A stretch of 29,456 nt of DNA from an uncultured Clostridia bacterium (GTDB taxonomy: Bacteria > Bacillota > Clostridia > Christensenellales > UBA1242), in the NCBI GenBank assembly GCA_937911885.1, contig CALDPW010000034.1, positions 1 to 29,456 of the forward strand, given 5' to 3'. The notes beneath the pieces were generated by a model, which was not told the DNA's origin, searched no databases, and worked only from the letters and a program-made list of their open reading frames with translations. The translations under genes were made by a program, and so were the position numbers. Positions 8,536-16,584 of the stretch are shown piece after piece. The stretch's first letter is position 1. The number at the start of each line of letters is the position of its first letter.

Positions 8536-8563
8536 AAAAGCACTAATTATAGTGCTTTTTTTT
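8536..8563. terminator. Bidirectional intrinsic terminator between the ydjG-like gene and the tRNA
   Basis: AAAAGCACTA-ATTA-TAGTGCTTTT flanked by A and T runs, between convergent genes. Confidence 0.8.
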
Positions 8564-8572
8564 ATTTGTTTT

Positions 8573-8649
8573 TGGCTGGGGTGGTAGGATTTGAACCCAC
8601 GAAATGGAGGAGTCAGAGACCTCTGCCTTAGCCACTTGGCAACACCCCA
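8573..8649 (-). tRNA. tRNA-Gln, anticodon CTG
   Basis: Reverse complement folds as a cloverleaf: TGGGGTG/CACCCCA acceptor stem, anticodon loop CTCTGAC, T loop TTCAAAT, encoded CCA, U1-A72 pair. Confidence 0.95.
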
Positions 8650-8728
8650 TTAATTGTTTAGATTATATCAAATAAAACTTTATTTGAAAAATATTAAAGG
8701 CGATTTTTGGTTTAACAACGCTATTGTT

Positions 8729-8757
8729 TTGCAAAAAAATCAAAATTATTGTATCAT
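8729..8757 (+). promoter_or_regulatory. Putative SigA promoter of the rlmD unit (leaderless geometry)
   Basis: TTGCAA (8729-8734), 17 nt, TATCAT (8752-8757). ATG at 8764 with no SD. Confidence 0.55.
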
Positions 8758-8763
8758 TTTTAT

Positions 8764-9921
8764 ATGAGAAATTTACATTGTGAATATTTTAATGTTTGTG
8801 GTGGTTGTTCTAACTTAAATATTGATTACAACACCCAACTAAAAAACAAACAAAAATATGTTAAGGATTGTTTAAAACAATTTAATATTGATGCAAAGGT
8901 GGAGCCAACAGTTGGCATGTATTTTCCGTATAAGTATCGCAACAAACTACATCTTGCAATAAGAGATGTTAGAGGTAAATGTGAAATTGGCTTTTTTATG
9001 GAAAATAGCAACAAAATTGTTAATGTTAACACTTGTTGTTTGTTTGATGCTTGGGCTGAAAAATTAATTAAAATTGTTAGAACATATATAACAAAATTTA
9101 AGATTGAACCATATAATAAACGAAACAACACTGGCACACTAAAATATGTTGTTGCCAGATATATTGATGGTGAACTTATTTTAACTTTGGTTGTTACTAA
9201 CACTCGATTTGGTGGTAGGGATTGGTTGGTTCACGAACTTAGTTCAAATTTTAAGGCTGTTAGTGTTTATTTAAATGTAAACAAGCGAACCGATAATGCT
9301 GTGTTTGATGAAAATGAGTTTAAACACATTGGTGGATTTAAACGTTTGCGTGGTGAAATTTTGGGTGTTAAGTTTGAACTTTCGCCAAATTCGTTTTTTC
9401 AGGTTAACACCGATATAACATCTAAAATATATAAAAAAGTGTGTGAGTTAATTAATCCAACACATTATTCTTGTGTGTTAGATTTATATTCGGGTATTGG
9501 AATAACAAGCTGTATTTTTGCAAAGAACAAAGCAAAAGTTGTTTCAATTGAAAGTGTTCCACAAGCTGTTAATGATGCAAAAAATCTAATTAAAATTAAT
9601 GATTTAGAGGACTATATAACTCCATATTTAGGAAAGTGTGAGCAACTTATTACAAAAATAAACTTTAACAAAATTGTTGGTGGAAATGCTGATATTTCGG
9701 CTTTTGTTGATCCTCCACGAATTGGATGTCAAAAAGTTGTGCTTGATAAAATTATTGAGTTAAAACCAAAAACTTTTATCTATTTAAGTTGCAATCCCGA
9801 AACTTTGGCGCGCGACTTAAAAGTTTTGGTTGATGGTGGATATAAAATTGAAAGTGTTACTCCATATGATATGTTTCCACAAACAAACCATGTTGAAACT
9901 TTGGCTGTGTTAAAAATATAA
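8764..9921 (+). CDS. rlmD: 23S rRNA m5U methyltransferase (RlmD/TrmA family), no N-terminal TRAM domain
   Basis: CEYFNVCGGC Fe-S motif, YRNK, SFFQVN, DLYSGIG, DPPRIG, YLSCNPETLARD, DMFPQTNHVE. Confidence 0.92.
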   Translation: MRNLHCEYFNVCGGCSNLNIDYNTQLKNKQKYVKDCLKQFNIDAKVEPTVGMYFPYKYRNKLHLAIRDVRGKCEIGFFMENSNKIVNVNTCCLFDAWAEKLIKIVRTYITKFKIEPYNKRNNTGTLKYVVARYIDGELILTLVVTNTRFGGRDWLVHELSSNFKAVSVYLNVNKRTDNAVFDENEFKHIGGFKRLRGEILGVKFELSPNSFFQVNTDITSKIYKKVCELINPTHYSCVLDLYSGIGITSCIFAKNKAKVVSIESVPQAVNDAKNLIKINDLEDYITPYLGKCEQLITKINFNKIVGGNADISAFVDPPRIGCQKVVLDKIIELKPKTFIYLSCNPETLARDLKVLVDGGYKIESVTPYDMFPQTNHVETLAVLKI

Positions 9922-9935
9922 TAAAGGAATATTTA

Positions 9936-10307
9936 ATGGCAAAAAGATTAGAGAAAAAAGTTGAAAAACAAATAAAAAAATCTATTAAAAAAACTAACAA
10001 ATTAACATTATTTTTTACTGCGTTGTTTTTGGTTGTTGGATCTGTTGGTGGATTTTTTGGATATAAAACAATTACCCAAAATGATACATTTGAAATTGTG
10101 GGAAACAAACAAATAACTTTATCTGTTGGGGACTTATATGTTGAGCAAGGCGCTAAAATAGTTAGCTTTGGTAAAGATATTTCCAGCAAAGTAATTATTG
10201 AAGGAACTGTTGATACAACCACTGCTGGTGAATATGCAATTACTTATTCGGTGGACGACTTTTTGTTTAAGGGCGTTAAAAAAGTTAGAGTAGTTGTTGT
10301 GGAATAA
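9936..10307 (+). CDS. Membrane-anchored Ig-like (DUF5011-like) protein
   Basis: Basic N-terminus, transmembrane helix, then the pattern YVEQGA...GTVDTTTAGEYAITYSV...RVVVV. Confidence 0.75.
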   Translation: MAKRLEKKVEKQIKKSIKKTNKLTLFFTALFLVVGSVGGFFGYKTITQNDTFEIVGNKQITLSVGDLYVEQGAKIVSFGKDISSKVIIEGTVDTTTAGEYAITYSVDDFLFKGVKKVRVVVVE

Positions 10308-10319
10308 GGGGGAACTTAA

Positions 10320-11462
10320 ATGAGTAAAAGAGTTAAAGAGTTTTCGCTTGGGCTAACTGTTTTGTTGTGTATTGTTTCCTTAATTGTTGGTGCAGCTTTG
10401 GGAGTTGTTGGCGCTTATTTATATCAAAAACAAACCAACCCTGCATTTGAAAGTGATGTTTATTCTAATGGTGAAGTTAGTTTTCACTTTTTGGAACTAG
10501 GAAATAATAGTTCGGGCGATAGTATTTATATTAAAAGTGGTGAAACCGATATTTTGGTTGATGGTGGATCAAAAACTGGTAGTAGCAAAGTTATTAAGGA
10601 TTATGTTAGCAACTTTGTTACCGATAACGTGTTGGAGTATGCAATAATTACTCATGCCGATAGCGATCATATTGCTGCATTTGCAGGGGATGGTTCAAAT
10701 ACTAGTTTGTTTGAATATTTTGATATTAAAACAATTATTGATTTTCCTAAAACAAACAAAACCACACAAGTTTATAATCGTTATGTCGAAAAACGCACTG
10801 CCGAAGTTGCGCAAGGTGCAACACATTACACAGCTTTGCAATGCTGGAACGAAACTGATGGCGCTAAAAAATCATTTGAAATTAGCAATGGTGTTACATT
10901 AAACATTTTATATAATTATTATTACGAAAATAATACTTCACACGAGAACAACTATTCGGTTTGTTTTCAAATTGAACAAGGTGATAACAAATTTTTATTT
11001 ACCGGTGACTTAGAGGAAGATGGCGAAGAATATTTGGTTGAATATAATTCGCTATCAAAGGTAAAATTGTTTAAAGCAGGGCATCATGGATCGCCAACAT
11101 CTAGTAATGATGTGTTATTAAATGTTATTCAACCCGAAATTGTTGTTGCAACATGTGTTGCAGGATCGGTTGAATATACTGATAATTTATTAAACACTTT
11201 CCCATCGCAAGAAGTTATTAATAGTGTGGCAAAATGGACCGAAAAATTTTATGTTACAACCGTTGGTAGCATTGCCGAAAATGGAACAAAAGAAGATGGA
11301 TCTATTGATTATAAAGATACTGGATTTGAAAGTTTAAATGGAAACATTGTTGTAAACTGTGTTAAAGGCAAAGTTGAAGTTAACTGCTCAAACAATAATG
11401 TATTATTAAAAGATACAAATTGGTTTAAGCAATACAGAACAACTCCTACAAATTGGAAATAA
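10320..11462 (+). CDS. Membrane-anchored ComEC/Rec2-like metallo-beta-lactamase-fold hydrolase
   Basis: N-terminal transmembrane helix; GDSIYI, LVDGG, THADSDH (HxDxDH), NNYS, LFTGD, GHHGS. Confidence 0.88.
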   Translation: MSKRVKEFSLGLTVLLCIVSLIVGAALGVVGAYLYQKQTNPAFESDVYSNGEVSFHFLELGNNSSGDSIYIKSGETDILVDGGSKTGSSKVIKDYVSNFVTDNVLEYAIITHADSDHIAAFAGDGSNTSLFEYFDIKTIIDFPKTNKTTQVYNRYVEKRTAEVAQGATHYTALQCWNETDGAKKSFEISNGVTLNILYNYYYENNTSHENNYSVCFQIEQGDNKFLFTGDLEEDGEEYLVEYNSLSKVKLFKAGHHGSPTSSNDVLLNVIQPEIVVATCVAGSVEYTDNLLNTFPSQEVINSVAKWTEKFYVTTVGSIAENGTKEDGSIDYKDTGFESLNGNIVVNCVKGKVEVNCSNNNVLLKDTNWFKQYRTTPTNWK

Positions 11463-11489
11463 AAAAACACCCGTTTGGGTGTTTTTTTT
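11461..11489. terminator. Bidirectional intrinsic terminator
   Basis: AAAAAAACACCC-GTTT-GGGTGTTTTTTT between convergent genes. Confidence 0.85.
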
Positions 11490-11649
11490 ACCAATCGTAA
11501 ACTTTGTGAGTGTTTGATTTAACATCGTCGTAATAATCAAAATACTTTTCTTTAAATTGCTTTGTTTGTTTTAGTGCAAGCTCGGCTTTTATTTGTTTTA
11601 TTGATTTTTTCTTATTGGTGGTTTGTGGTTTTTTTGTGTTTTGATCCAT
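11488..11649 (-). CDS. Small hypothetical protein (53 aa), not in the ORF track
   Basis: MDQNTKKPQTTNKKKSIKQIKAELALKQTKQFKEKYFDYYDDVKSNTHKVYDW*. Its ATG overlaps the tyrS TAA and its stop lies at the terminator. Confidence 0.65.
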   Translation of the reverse strand: MDQNTKKPQTTNKKKSIKQIKAELALKQTKQFKEKYFDYYDDVKSNTHKVYDW

Positions 11650-12893
11650 TATTTTAAAACCACTTTCATAAAGTTCTTTTTGCCTTTTTTAAGCATTAAC
11701 ACACCATCAACAAAATCAGCATTTGTAATAACATAAGCAAATTGTTTGTTAGGTTCGCCATTAACCGAAACAGCACCTTGTTCAATCATGCGTCGTCCTT
11801 CCGATTTTGAAGGAACAAGTTTTGTTTGAGCCAACAAATCAACCAAGGTTATTGTGTTAAGGCTTTGGCTATCAAGTTCAAATGTTGGAGCATTATCTAG
11901 GCTGCCTGCACCATTAAACAATGCTTGGCTAGCTTCGGCTGCAATTTTTGCATCTTCTTCGCCTCTAACAAATTTTGTTATTTCATAACTTAAAACTTTT
12001 TTAGCGTTAACAATATCGTCGCTAATCAATTTTTTAACTTCTGCCATTGGCATATCGGTAAACAATGCAAACATCATTTCAACACAAGCATCTGGTGTTT
12101 GGTAAACGCCTTGGTAAAAATCGTAAGCACTAATTTTGTTTTTATCAATCCAAATTGCGCCTTTTTCGGTTTTACCCATCTTTTTACCTTCTGGTGTTAG
12201 TAATAATGGATTTGTTGCTCCAACCAATTGAACATTAGTGTTGTTTGCAAAGTTTAATTTACGTTGCAATTCAACACCAGCAACAATGTTTCCCCATTGA
12301 TCTCCACCACCATATTGCAATGTGCAACCATATTCGCGATTTAGGTGAATAAAGTCGTAAGCTTGCATTAACATATATCCCATTTCAAAAAAGGTTAGTC
12401 CACCTTCTTCAATACGGTTTGCGTAAATTTCGCTGCTTAGCATTTTGTTAACATTAAAGTGAACACCAACTTCACGCATGAAATCAATATAGTCATATCC
12501 TTTAAACCAATCTGCATTGTTAACAATTATTGCTGGATTATCGCCTTCAAAATCTAAAAAGATTTTTAATGTTTCTTTAATTTGTTTAATGTTGTTATCA
12601 ATTTTTTCTTTGGTTAACATTTGGCGAAGTTCTGTTCTGCCACTAGGATCTCCAACACAAGCAGTTGCTCCACCCATTAAAAGTAACACTTTATGGCCAG
12701 CTTGTTGAAATCTTCTTAAAATGCAATAAGGAACACAGTGGCCAATATGTAAGCTATCGGCTGTTGGATCTGATCCTTCATATAAAGTTATTGGTGTTCC
12801 ACTTTCAAGCATCTTTTTTAAAGCGTCTTCATCGGTGCATTGGTATAGTAATCCACGCTCTTTTAATGTGTTGTATAAATTTTTATCTGTCAT
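11649..12893 (-). CDS. tyrS: Tyrosyl-tRNA synthetase
   Basis: DPTADSLHIGH, YMLMQAYDF, GGGDQWGN, KMGKT, C-terminal S4-like domain; upstream Tyr T-box. Confidence 0.98.
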   Translation of the reverse strand: MTDKNLYNTLKERGLLYQCTDEDALKKMLESGTPITLYEGSDPTADSLHIGHCVPYCILRRFQQAGHKVLLLMGGATACVGDPSGRTELRQMLTKEKIDNNIKQIKETLKIFLDFEGDNPAIIVNNADWFKGYDYIDFMREVGVHFNVNKMLSSEIYANRIEEGGLTFFEMGYMLMQAYDFIHLNREYGCTLQYGGGDQWGNIVAGVELQRKLNFANNTNVQLVGATNPLLLTPEGKKMGKTEKGAIWIDKNKISAYDFYQGVYQTPDACVEMMFALFTDMPMAEVKKLISDDIVNAKKVLSYEITKFVRGEEDAKIAAEASQALFNGAGSLDNAPTFELDSQSLNTITLVDLLAQTKLVPSKSEGRRMIEQGAVSVNGEPNKQFAYVITNADFVDGVLMLKKGKKNFMKVVLK

Positions 12894-13032
12894 ATCTAAT
12901 CTCCGTTTATTTTAAATTATTTATAGTTTATTGTTTTGTAAGTGCTAGTTTTTGACAATAAAACACACCTGCAATAATAATGCATAGTTTTTTATGTATT
13001 GAATTTTCTATTATAAAAAATCTTTCCATAAC

Positions 13033-13258
13033 AAATAAAAACGCACACCCATCCAATTTTTAAGGACGAAGTGTGCGTTCGTGGTACCACCTTAATTCGT
13101 TTGAAAATGTTTCAAACCTTATTTTGTTTTGTTTACGCCAAAACTTTAAAACTCGTTTTGCTCCCACAGTGTAATTCAATATTAAACCTTGTAAGTTTTG
13201 CAGCATCCAACTTATCTCTGTTTGCCAGTTTAATCTCTACTAAAAAGTGCTCATCGCA
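13033..13258 (-). ncRNA. T-box riboswitch (Tyr) upstream of tyrS
   Basis: T-box AATTAAGGTGGTACCACG (13097-13080), specifier TAC (13173-13171) in GAATTACAC, terminator ACGCACAC...GTGTGCGT followed by a T run. Confidence 0.9.
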
Positions 13259-13270
13259 AAAATATACTAA

Positions 13271-13299
13271 TTTATATCATATATTTTTTTGTGTGTCAA
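13271..13299 (-). promoter_or_regulatory. SigA promoter of the tyrS leader
   Basis: TTGACA, 17 nt, TG-n-TATAAA on the minus strand. Confidence 0.7.
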
Positions 13300-13315
13300 T
13301 TGGCAAAAAATAAAT

Positions 13316-13344
13316 TTGAACAACTATCTTAAATGTGTTATACT
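13316..13344 (+). promoter_or_regulatory. SigA promoter of the small ORF-trmL unit (divergent from tyrS)
   Basis: TTGAAC (13316-13321), 17 nt, TG-n-TATACT (13339-13344). Confidence 0.65.
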
Positions 13345-13373
13345 TTTTACAATAAAACTTAAGGATTAATTAA

Positions 13374-13466
13374 ATGAAAAAATTTGGCAAATTTATGCTT
13401 TGGCTATTTTTTGGTTTGTTTATTTTTGTTTATTATTTTTTAAAAGAGTTAAATAAAGATAGTTAG
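13374..13466 (+). CDS. Small hydrophobic single-transmembrane peptide (30 aa), not in the ORF track
   Basis: MKKFGKFMLWLFFGLFIFVYYFLKELNKDS*. SD AAGGA upstream; its TAG overlaps the trmL SD (AGGAG). Confidence 0.55.
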   Translation: MKKFGKFMLWLFFGLFIFVYYFLKELNKDS

Positions 13467-13474
13467 GAGTTAAT

Positions 13475-13975
13475 ATGATTACAATTGTTTTGGTTGAACC
13501 AGAAATTCCACAAAACGCTGGAAACATTGTTAGAACTTGTGCTGCTACTGGTAGCAGATTAATTATGGTTAAGCCTTTGGGCTTTATTATGGAAGATAAA
13601 TATTTTAAACGTGCTGGTATGGATTATTTAGATTTTGCTAATGTTGAAGTTGTTGATAGCTTTGAACAAATTGTTGAAGCTAATCCCGGCAAACAATTCT
13701 TTTTTGCATCCACAAAAAGTAAGCATACACACACCGAAGTAAAATATCCAAACGATTGCTTTATTGTGTTTGGCAAAGAAAGTTATGGATTAAAAGAAAC
13801 ACTATTAAAAAAATATTATGATAATTGTATTAGAATACCAATGAAGGAAACTGCTCGTAGTTTAAACTTATCAAATAGTGTTGCAATTGTTTTGTATGAA
13901 GCATTGCGTCAAAATAACTTTGAAAGTTTGAAGGAATATGGCGAACTAACCGGCAGAAGCGAAAATGAGTTTTAA
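13475..13975 (+). CDS. trmL: tRNA (cytidine/uridine-34 2'-O)-methyltransferase, SPOUT family
   Basis: EPEIPQNAGNIVRTCAATG, RAGMDY, FGKESYGL, RSLNLSNSV. Confidence 0.95.
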   Translation: MITIVLVEPEIPQNAGNIVRTCAATGSRLIMVKPLGFIMEDKYFKRAGMDYLDFANVEVVDSFEQIVEANPGKQFFFASTKSKHTHTEVKYPNDCFIVFGKESYGLKETLLKKYYDNCIRIPMKETARSLNLSNSVAIVLYEALRQNNFESLKEYGELTGRSENEF

Positions 13976-14003
13976 AAAAAGATTGCACTTGGCAATCTTT
14001 TTT
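13975..14003. terminator. Bidirectional terminator between trmL and helD
   Basis: AAAAAAGATTGC-ACTTG-GCAATCTTTTTT. Confidence 0.85.
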
Positions 14004-16053
14004 ATTTGTTTTGAGTTAAATATTGTTTAACTGGTTGGCATGGTTCGCCTTGATAAAGCATAAACAAGTGATGTAACGAACGAGATGCACTAATATATAG
14101 GTTTTGATATTCAAAAGGTGAGTTGTAGTTTTGTTGACTAACATTAGGAACAATAACGCAATCAAATTCTAACCCCTTACTTTGAAACGATGGAACAATT
14201 ATTAATCCATTTGGTAATGTTACCGATTTTGCATTTATTGTTTCAATGTTTAGGTGTGGACTAATTAAATTAATGTAATGATCACATTCTTGTTGATCTT
14301 TTGTTATTATTGCAATGTTTTTGTATTTTTTATCTTCAACTTGATTTAATAAATATTTTAATTTATCAATAAAGTCGGTTTCATTTTCGGTTTTTAAAAT
14401 TATTGGAGTATTGCCACCTTTTCTAACCATATCTACATCGGTTCGATTTCCAATTAAGTTACACAACTTTCCAATTTCTTCACTGGTTCGGTAACAACGA
14501 TTAATTGTTAAATACATTGAGTTATCAAATAATTCGTGCAATTGTTCAATTGCTTTTTTGCTATCTTCTGGGCAAATGCTTTGGCCATAATCTCCCAAAA
14601 TTGTTTTTGAACAAGGATACAAAATGTTTAACACTCTAAATTGCATTGGGCTGTAATCTTGCATTTCGTCAACAACCAAATGTTCAACATGATTAAAGCT
14701 GTTTAATCCAACTAGGTAATTATCAATTAACATTAGTGGGAATGCATCTTCGTATTTTATTTTGCCTTTTTGAGTCTCAAATTTAAAGTCGTGTTCTTTT
14801 AAAAAGTCGGTATATAAAATGTGGTTAAGATTTTTTGGTGTTAAATATCTAATGTATCGGTCGCAGGCAGTTTTGGTTTTGCGTTCGTTATATTCAAAAT
14901 CCCACAAAGCACTTTTAACCATTAGTTGACCTTTAATTTTGTTTTTAATTTGCCATAGTGGAAGGTTTGCATATTGTTTAAATATTTCAATAATGCTTTC
15001 TTTTTCCATAACAAAGTTTTCTTTAACAAAATCGGTTAAGTATAAATACTTAAATATGTTATCTGTTAAAAACTTTTCGAGGTCATAAACAATTTGAATT
15101 GAGTTTTTGTAACTAATATCTGGTGTTATTTTTCTTAAATGCAACAAACGTTCATATTGTTCGGCTTTTGTTTCAACTTTTTGTTTTAGTTCGTAGTAGT
15201 AGTCGTTAATAATCCTGTCAAAGTTGATGCTTTTAATGTTTTCTTCACCCATTTCTGGTAACACGTTTGAAATATAATCTTCAAAAACTGTGTTAGGCGA
15301 AAGTATTTGTATGTTATGTGAATTTAAAATGTTGCGTTGCCTATAAAGTAAAAATGCTATTCGGTGTAATGCAATACTTGTTTTTCCACTTCCGGCAACC
15401 CCCTGAACAATAACATTTGTTCTGTAAGGTAATCTAATAATGTTGTTTTGTTCTTTTTGAATTGTTGCAACAACGTTTTTCATTTTTTCGCTTGTGTTTT
15501 TGCTAAGCGCTTGTTGCAAAATTTCATCATCAATTTTTAGTGAACTGTTAATTATGTATTGAAGTTTTCCACCTTCTACTTTTATTTGGTTTTTTGATAG
15601 CAGATCAACTTCGTTTGTTTGTTCTTCAACATCGTAGCTAGCTTTGCCAACTTCGTAATCATAAAACAAACTTGATACTGGTGCACGCCAATCTAATATA
15701 AATGGGGCAGGGGGATCGTTAAATCCTGTTAGACCAATATATAATTCTTCTTCTTTTCCGTTTTCTTTAATGCGTATTTTGCCGTAATATGGACTATCTA
15801 ACATTTTTTCCATATTTCTATGCATTCTAAACACAACCATATAATCATCAATCGTTTGATCAAAAATGGTTTTGTTCAAGGCTTTTTCAACGTCATCCAT
15901 CTCGGTAATGGAATCCCAGAATTCAGCCTGATTTTTAAGTCCTTTATCTTTGTAGTATTCTTTTTCTTCTTGCAAAATTTTTAATTTGTTCTGCACAGCA
16001 AGCAAGGTTTCATCTAGCACTTTTGTTTCGCGTTTTAATTCTTCGCTACTCAT
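14002..16053 (-). CDS. helD: HelD-like SF1 ATPase (RNA polymerase recycling factor family)
   Basis: SPYYGKI, LYIG, DWRAPVSSLFY, VVATIQKEQ, Walker A GVAGSGKT, DEMQD, GDYGQ, KGLEFD. Start placed at ATG 16053 after SD GAGGTG. Confidence 0.85.
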   Translation of the reverse strand: MSSEELKRETKVLDETLLAVQNKLKILQEEKEYYKDKGLKNQAEFWDSITEMDDVEKALNKTIFDQTIDDYMVVFRMHRNMEKMLDSPYYGKIRIKENGKEEELYIGLTGFNDPPAPFILDWRAPVSSLFYDYEVGKASYDVEEQTNEVDLLSKNQIKVEGGKLQYIINSSLKIDDEILQQALSKNTSEKMKNVVATIQKEQNNIIRLPYRTNVIVQGVAGSGKTSIALHRIAFLLYRQRNILNSHNIQILSPNTVFEDYISNVLPEMGEENIKSINFDRIINDYYYELKQKVETKAEQYERLLHLRKITPDISYKNSIQIVYDLEKFLTDNIFKYLYLTDFVKENFVMEKESIIEIFKQYANLPLWQIKNKIKGQLMVKSALWDFEYNERKTKTACDRYIRYLTPKNLNHILYTDFLKEHDFKFETQKGKIKYEDAFPLMLIDNYLVGLNSFNHVEHLVVDEMQDYSPMQFRVLNILYPCSKTILGDYGQSICPEDSKKAIEQLHELFDNSMYLTINRCYRTSEEIGKLCNLIGNRTDVDMVRKGGNTPIILKTENETDFIDKLKYLLNQVEDKKYKNIAIITKDQQECDHYINLISPHLNIETINAKSVTLPNGLIIVPSFQSKGLEFDCVIVPNVSQQNYNSPFEYQNLYISASRSLHHLFMLYQGEPCQPVKQYLTQNK

Positions 16054-16083
16054 ATCCACCTCTCTACTATTAAATTTTAGGAC

Positions 16084-16135
16084 TAAAAAAAGTGCTAAAA
16101 ACCCCAAAATACCGATTTTTTGACATTTTTAGCAC
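16084..16135 (-). terminator. Terminator-like hairpin in the helD 5' leader
   Basis: Minus strand GTGCTAAAAA...TTTTTAGCAC stem followed by 7 T, between the promoter and the start codon. Confidence 0.5.
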
Positions 16136-16151
16136 AAAAATTAGCGAAGTC

Positions 16152-16180
16152 AGTTTAACATACCATTATTAATATGTCAA
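16152..16180 (-). promoter_or_regulatory. SigA promoter of helD
   Basis: TTGACA, 17 nt, TG-n-TAAACT on the minus strand. Confidence 0.7.
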
Positions 16181-16284
16181 CAAAAATTTTTAATGTTAAT
16201 TATATAATAATTAAAGAAAGTTGTAATTAATCATTACAAATTGTTAAAACAATTAACATAAACAACTAATTTTGGTTTTTTGCA

Positions 16285-16313
16285 TTGACTTAACATTTGT
16301 TTAATGATATAAC
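16285..16313 (+). promoter_or_regulatory. SigA promoter of the pheST leader
   Basis: TTGACT (16285-16290), 17 nt, TG-n-TATAAC (16308-16313). Confidence 0.65.
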
Positions 16314-16329
16314 AATAAGCAGTTGAATA

Positions 16330-16570
16330 AAAACTATGAAGATGTGTAAGTAGCACTTGCTTTTCATATAAGGAAGGTTGGTCGGCGACTGAGAGCCAAC
16401 TATGTTCAGAGCATTTTGTGAATTTCAGCATTGGAGTTGCTTTGCGAGAAACTAAGCATTGCCGGAAAACAACCGTAAAAATTATTAATGAGGTTTGGTT
16501 AAAAGCCAAATAAAATTAGGTGGTAACACGATAATTCGTCCTATGTATTGGGGCGAATTTTTTGTTTTTT
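16330..16570 (+). ncRNA. T-box riboswitch (Phe) upstream of pheS
   Basis: Specifier TTC (16424-16426) in GAATTTCAG, T-box AATTAGGTGGTAACACG (16514-16530), terminator AATTCGTCCT...GGGGCGAATT followed by a T run. Confidence 0.9.
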
Positions 16571-16584
16571 AAAAGGAGATAATC

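Noticed and set aside
8573..8649. tRNA as an integration site for an island
   Set aside because: No integrase and no duplicated tRNA 3' end were seen in the window.
12928..13029. 33-codon minus-strand ORF (MERFFIIENS...) between the T-box terminator and tyrS
   Set aside because: No SD, no coupling to tyrS and no recognisable features; likely chance.
13071..13313. 80-aa minus-strand ORF upstream of tyrS
   Set aside because: It coincides with the Tyr T-box leader and its promoter.
16054..16107. N-terminal extension of HelD from the TTG at 16107
   Set aside because: A strong SD (GAGGTG) precedes ATG 16053, and the extension lies within the leader hairpin.
16234..16509. 91-aa minus-strand ORF
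   Set aside because: It is antisense to the Phe T-box leader.
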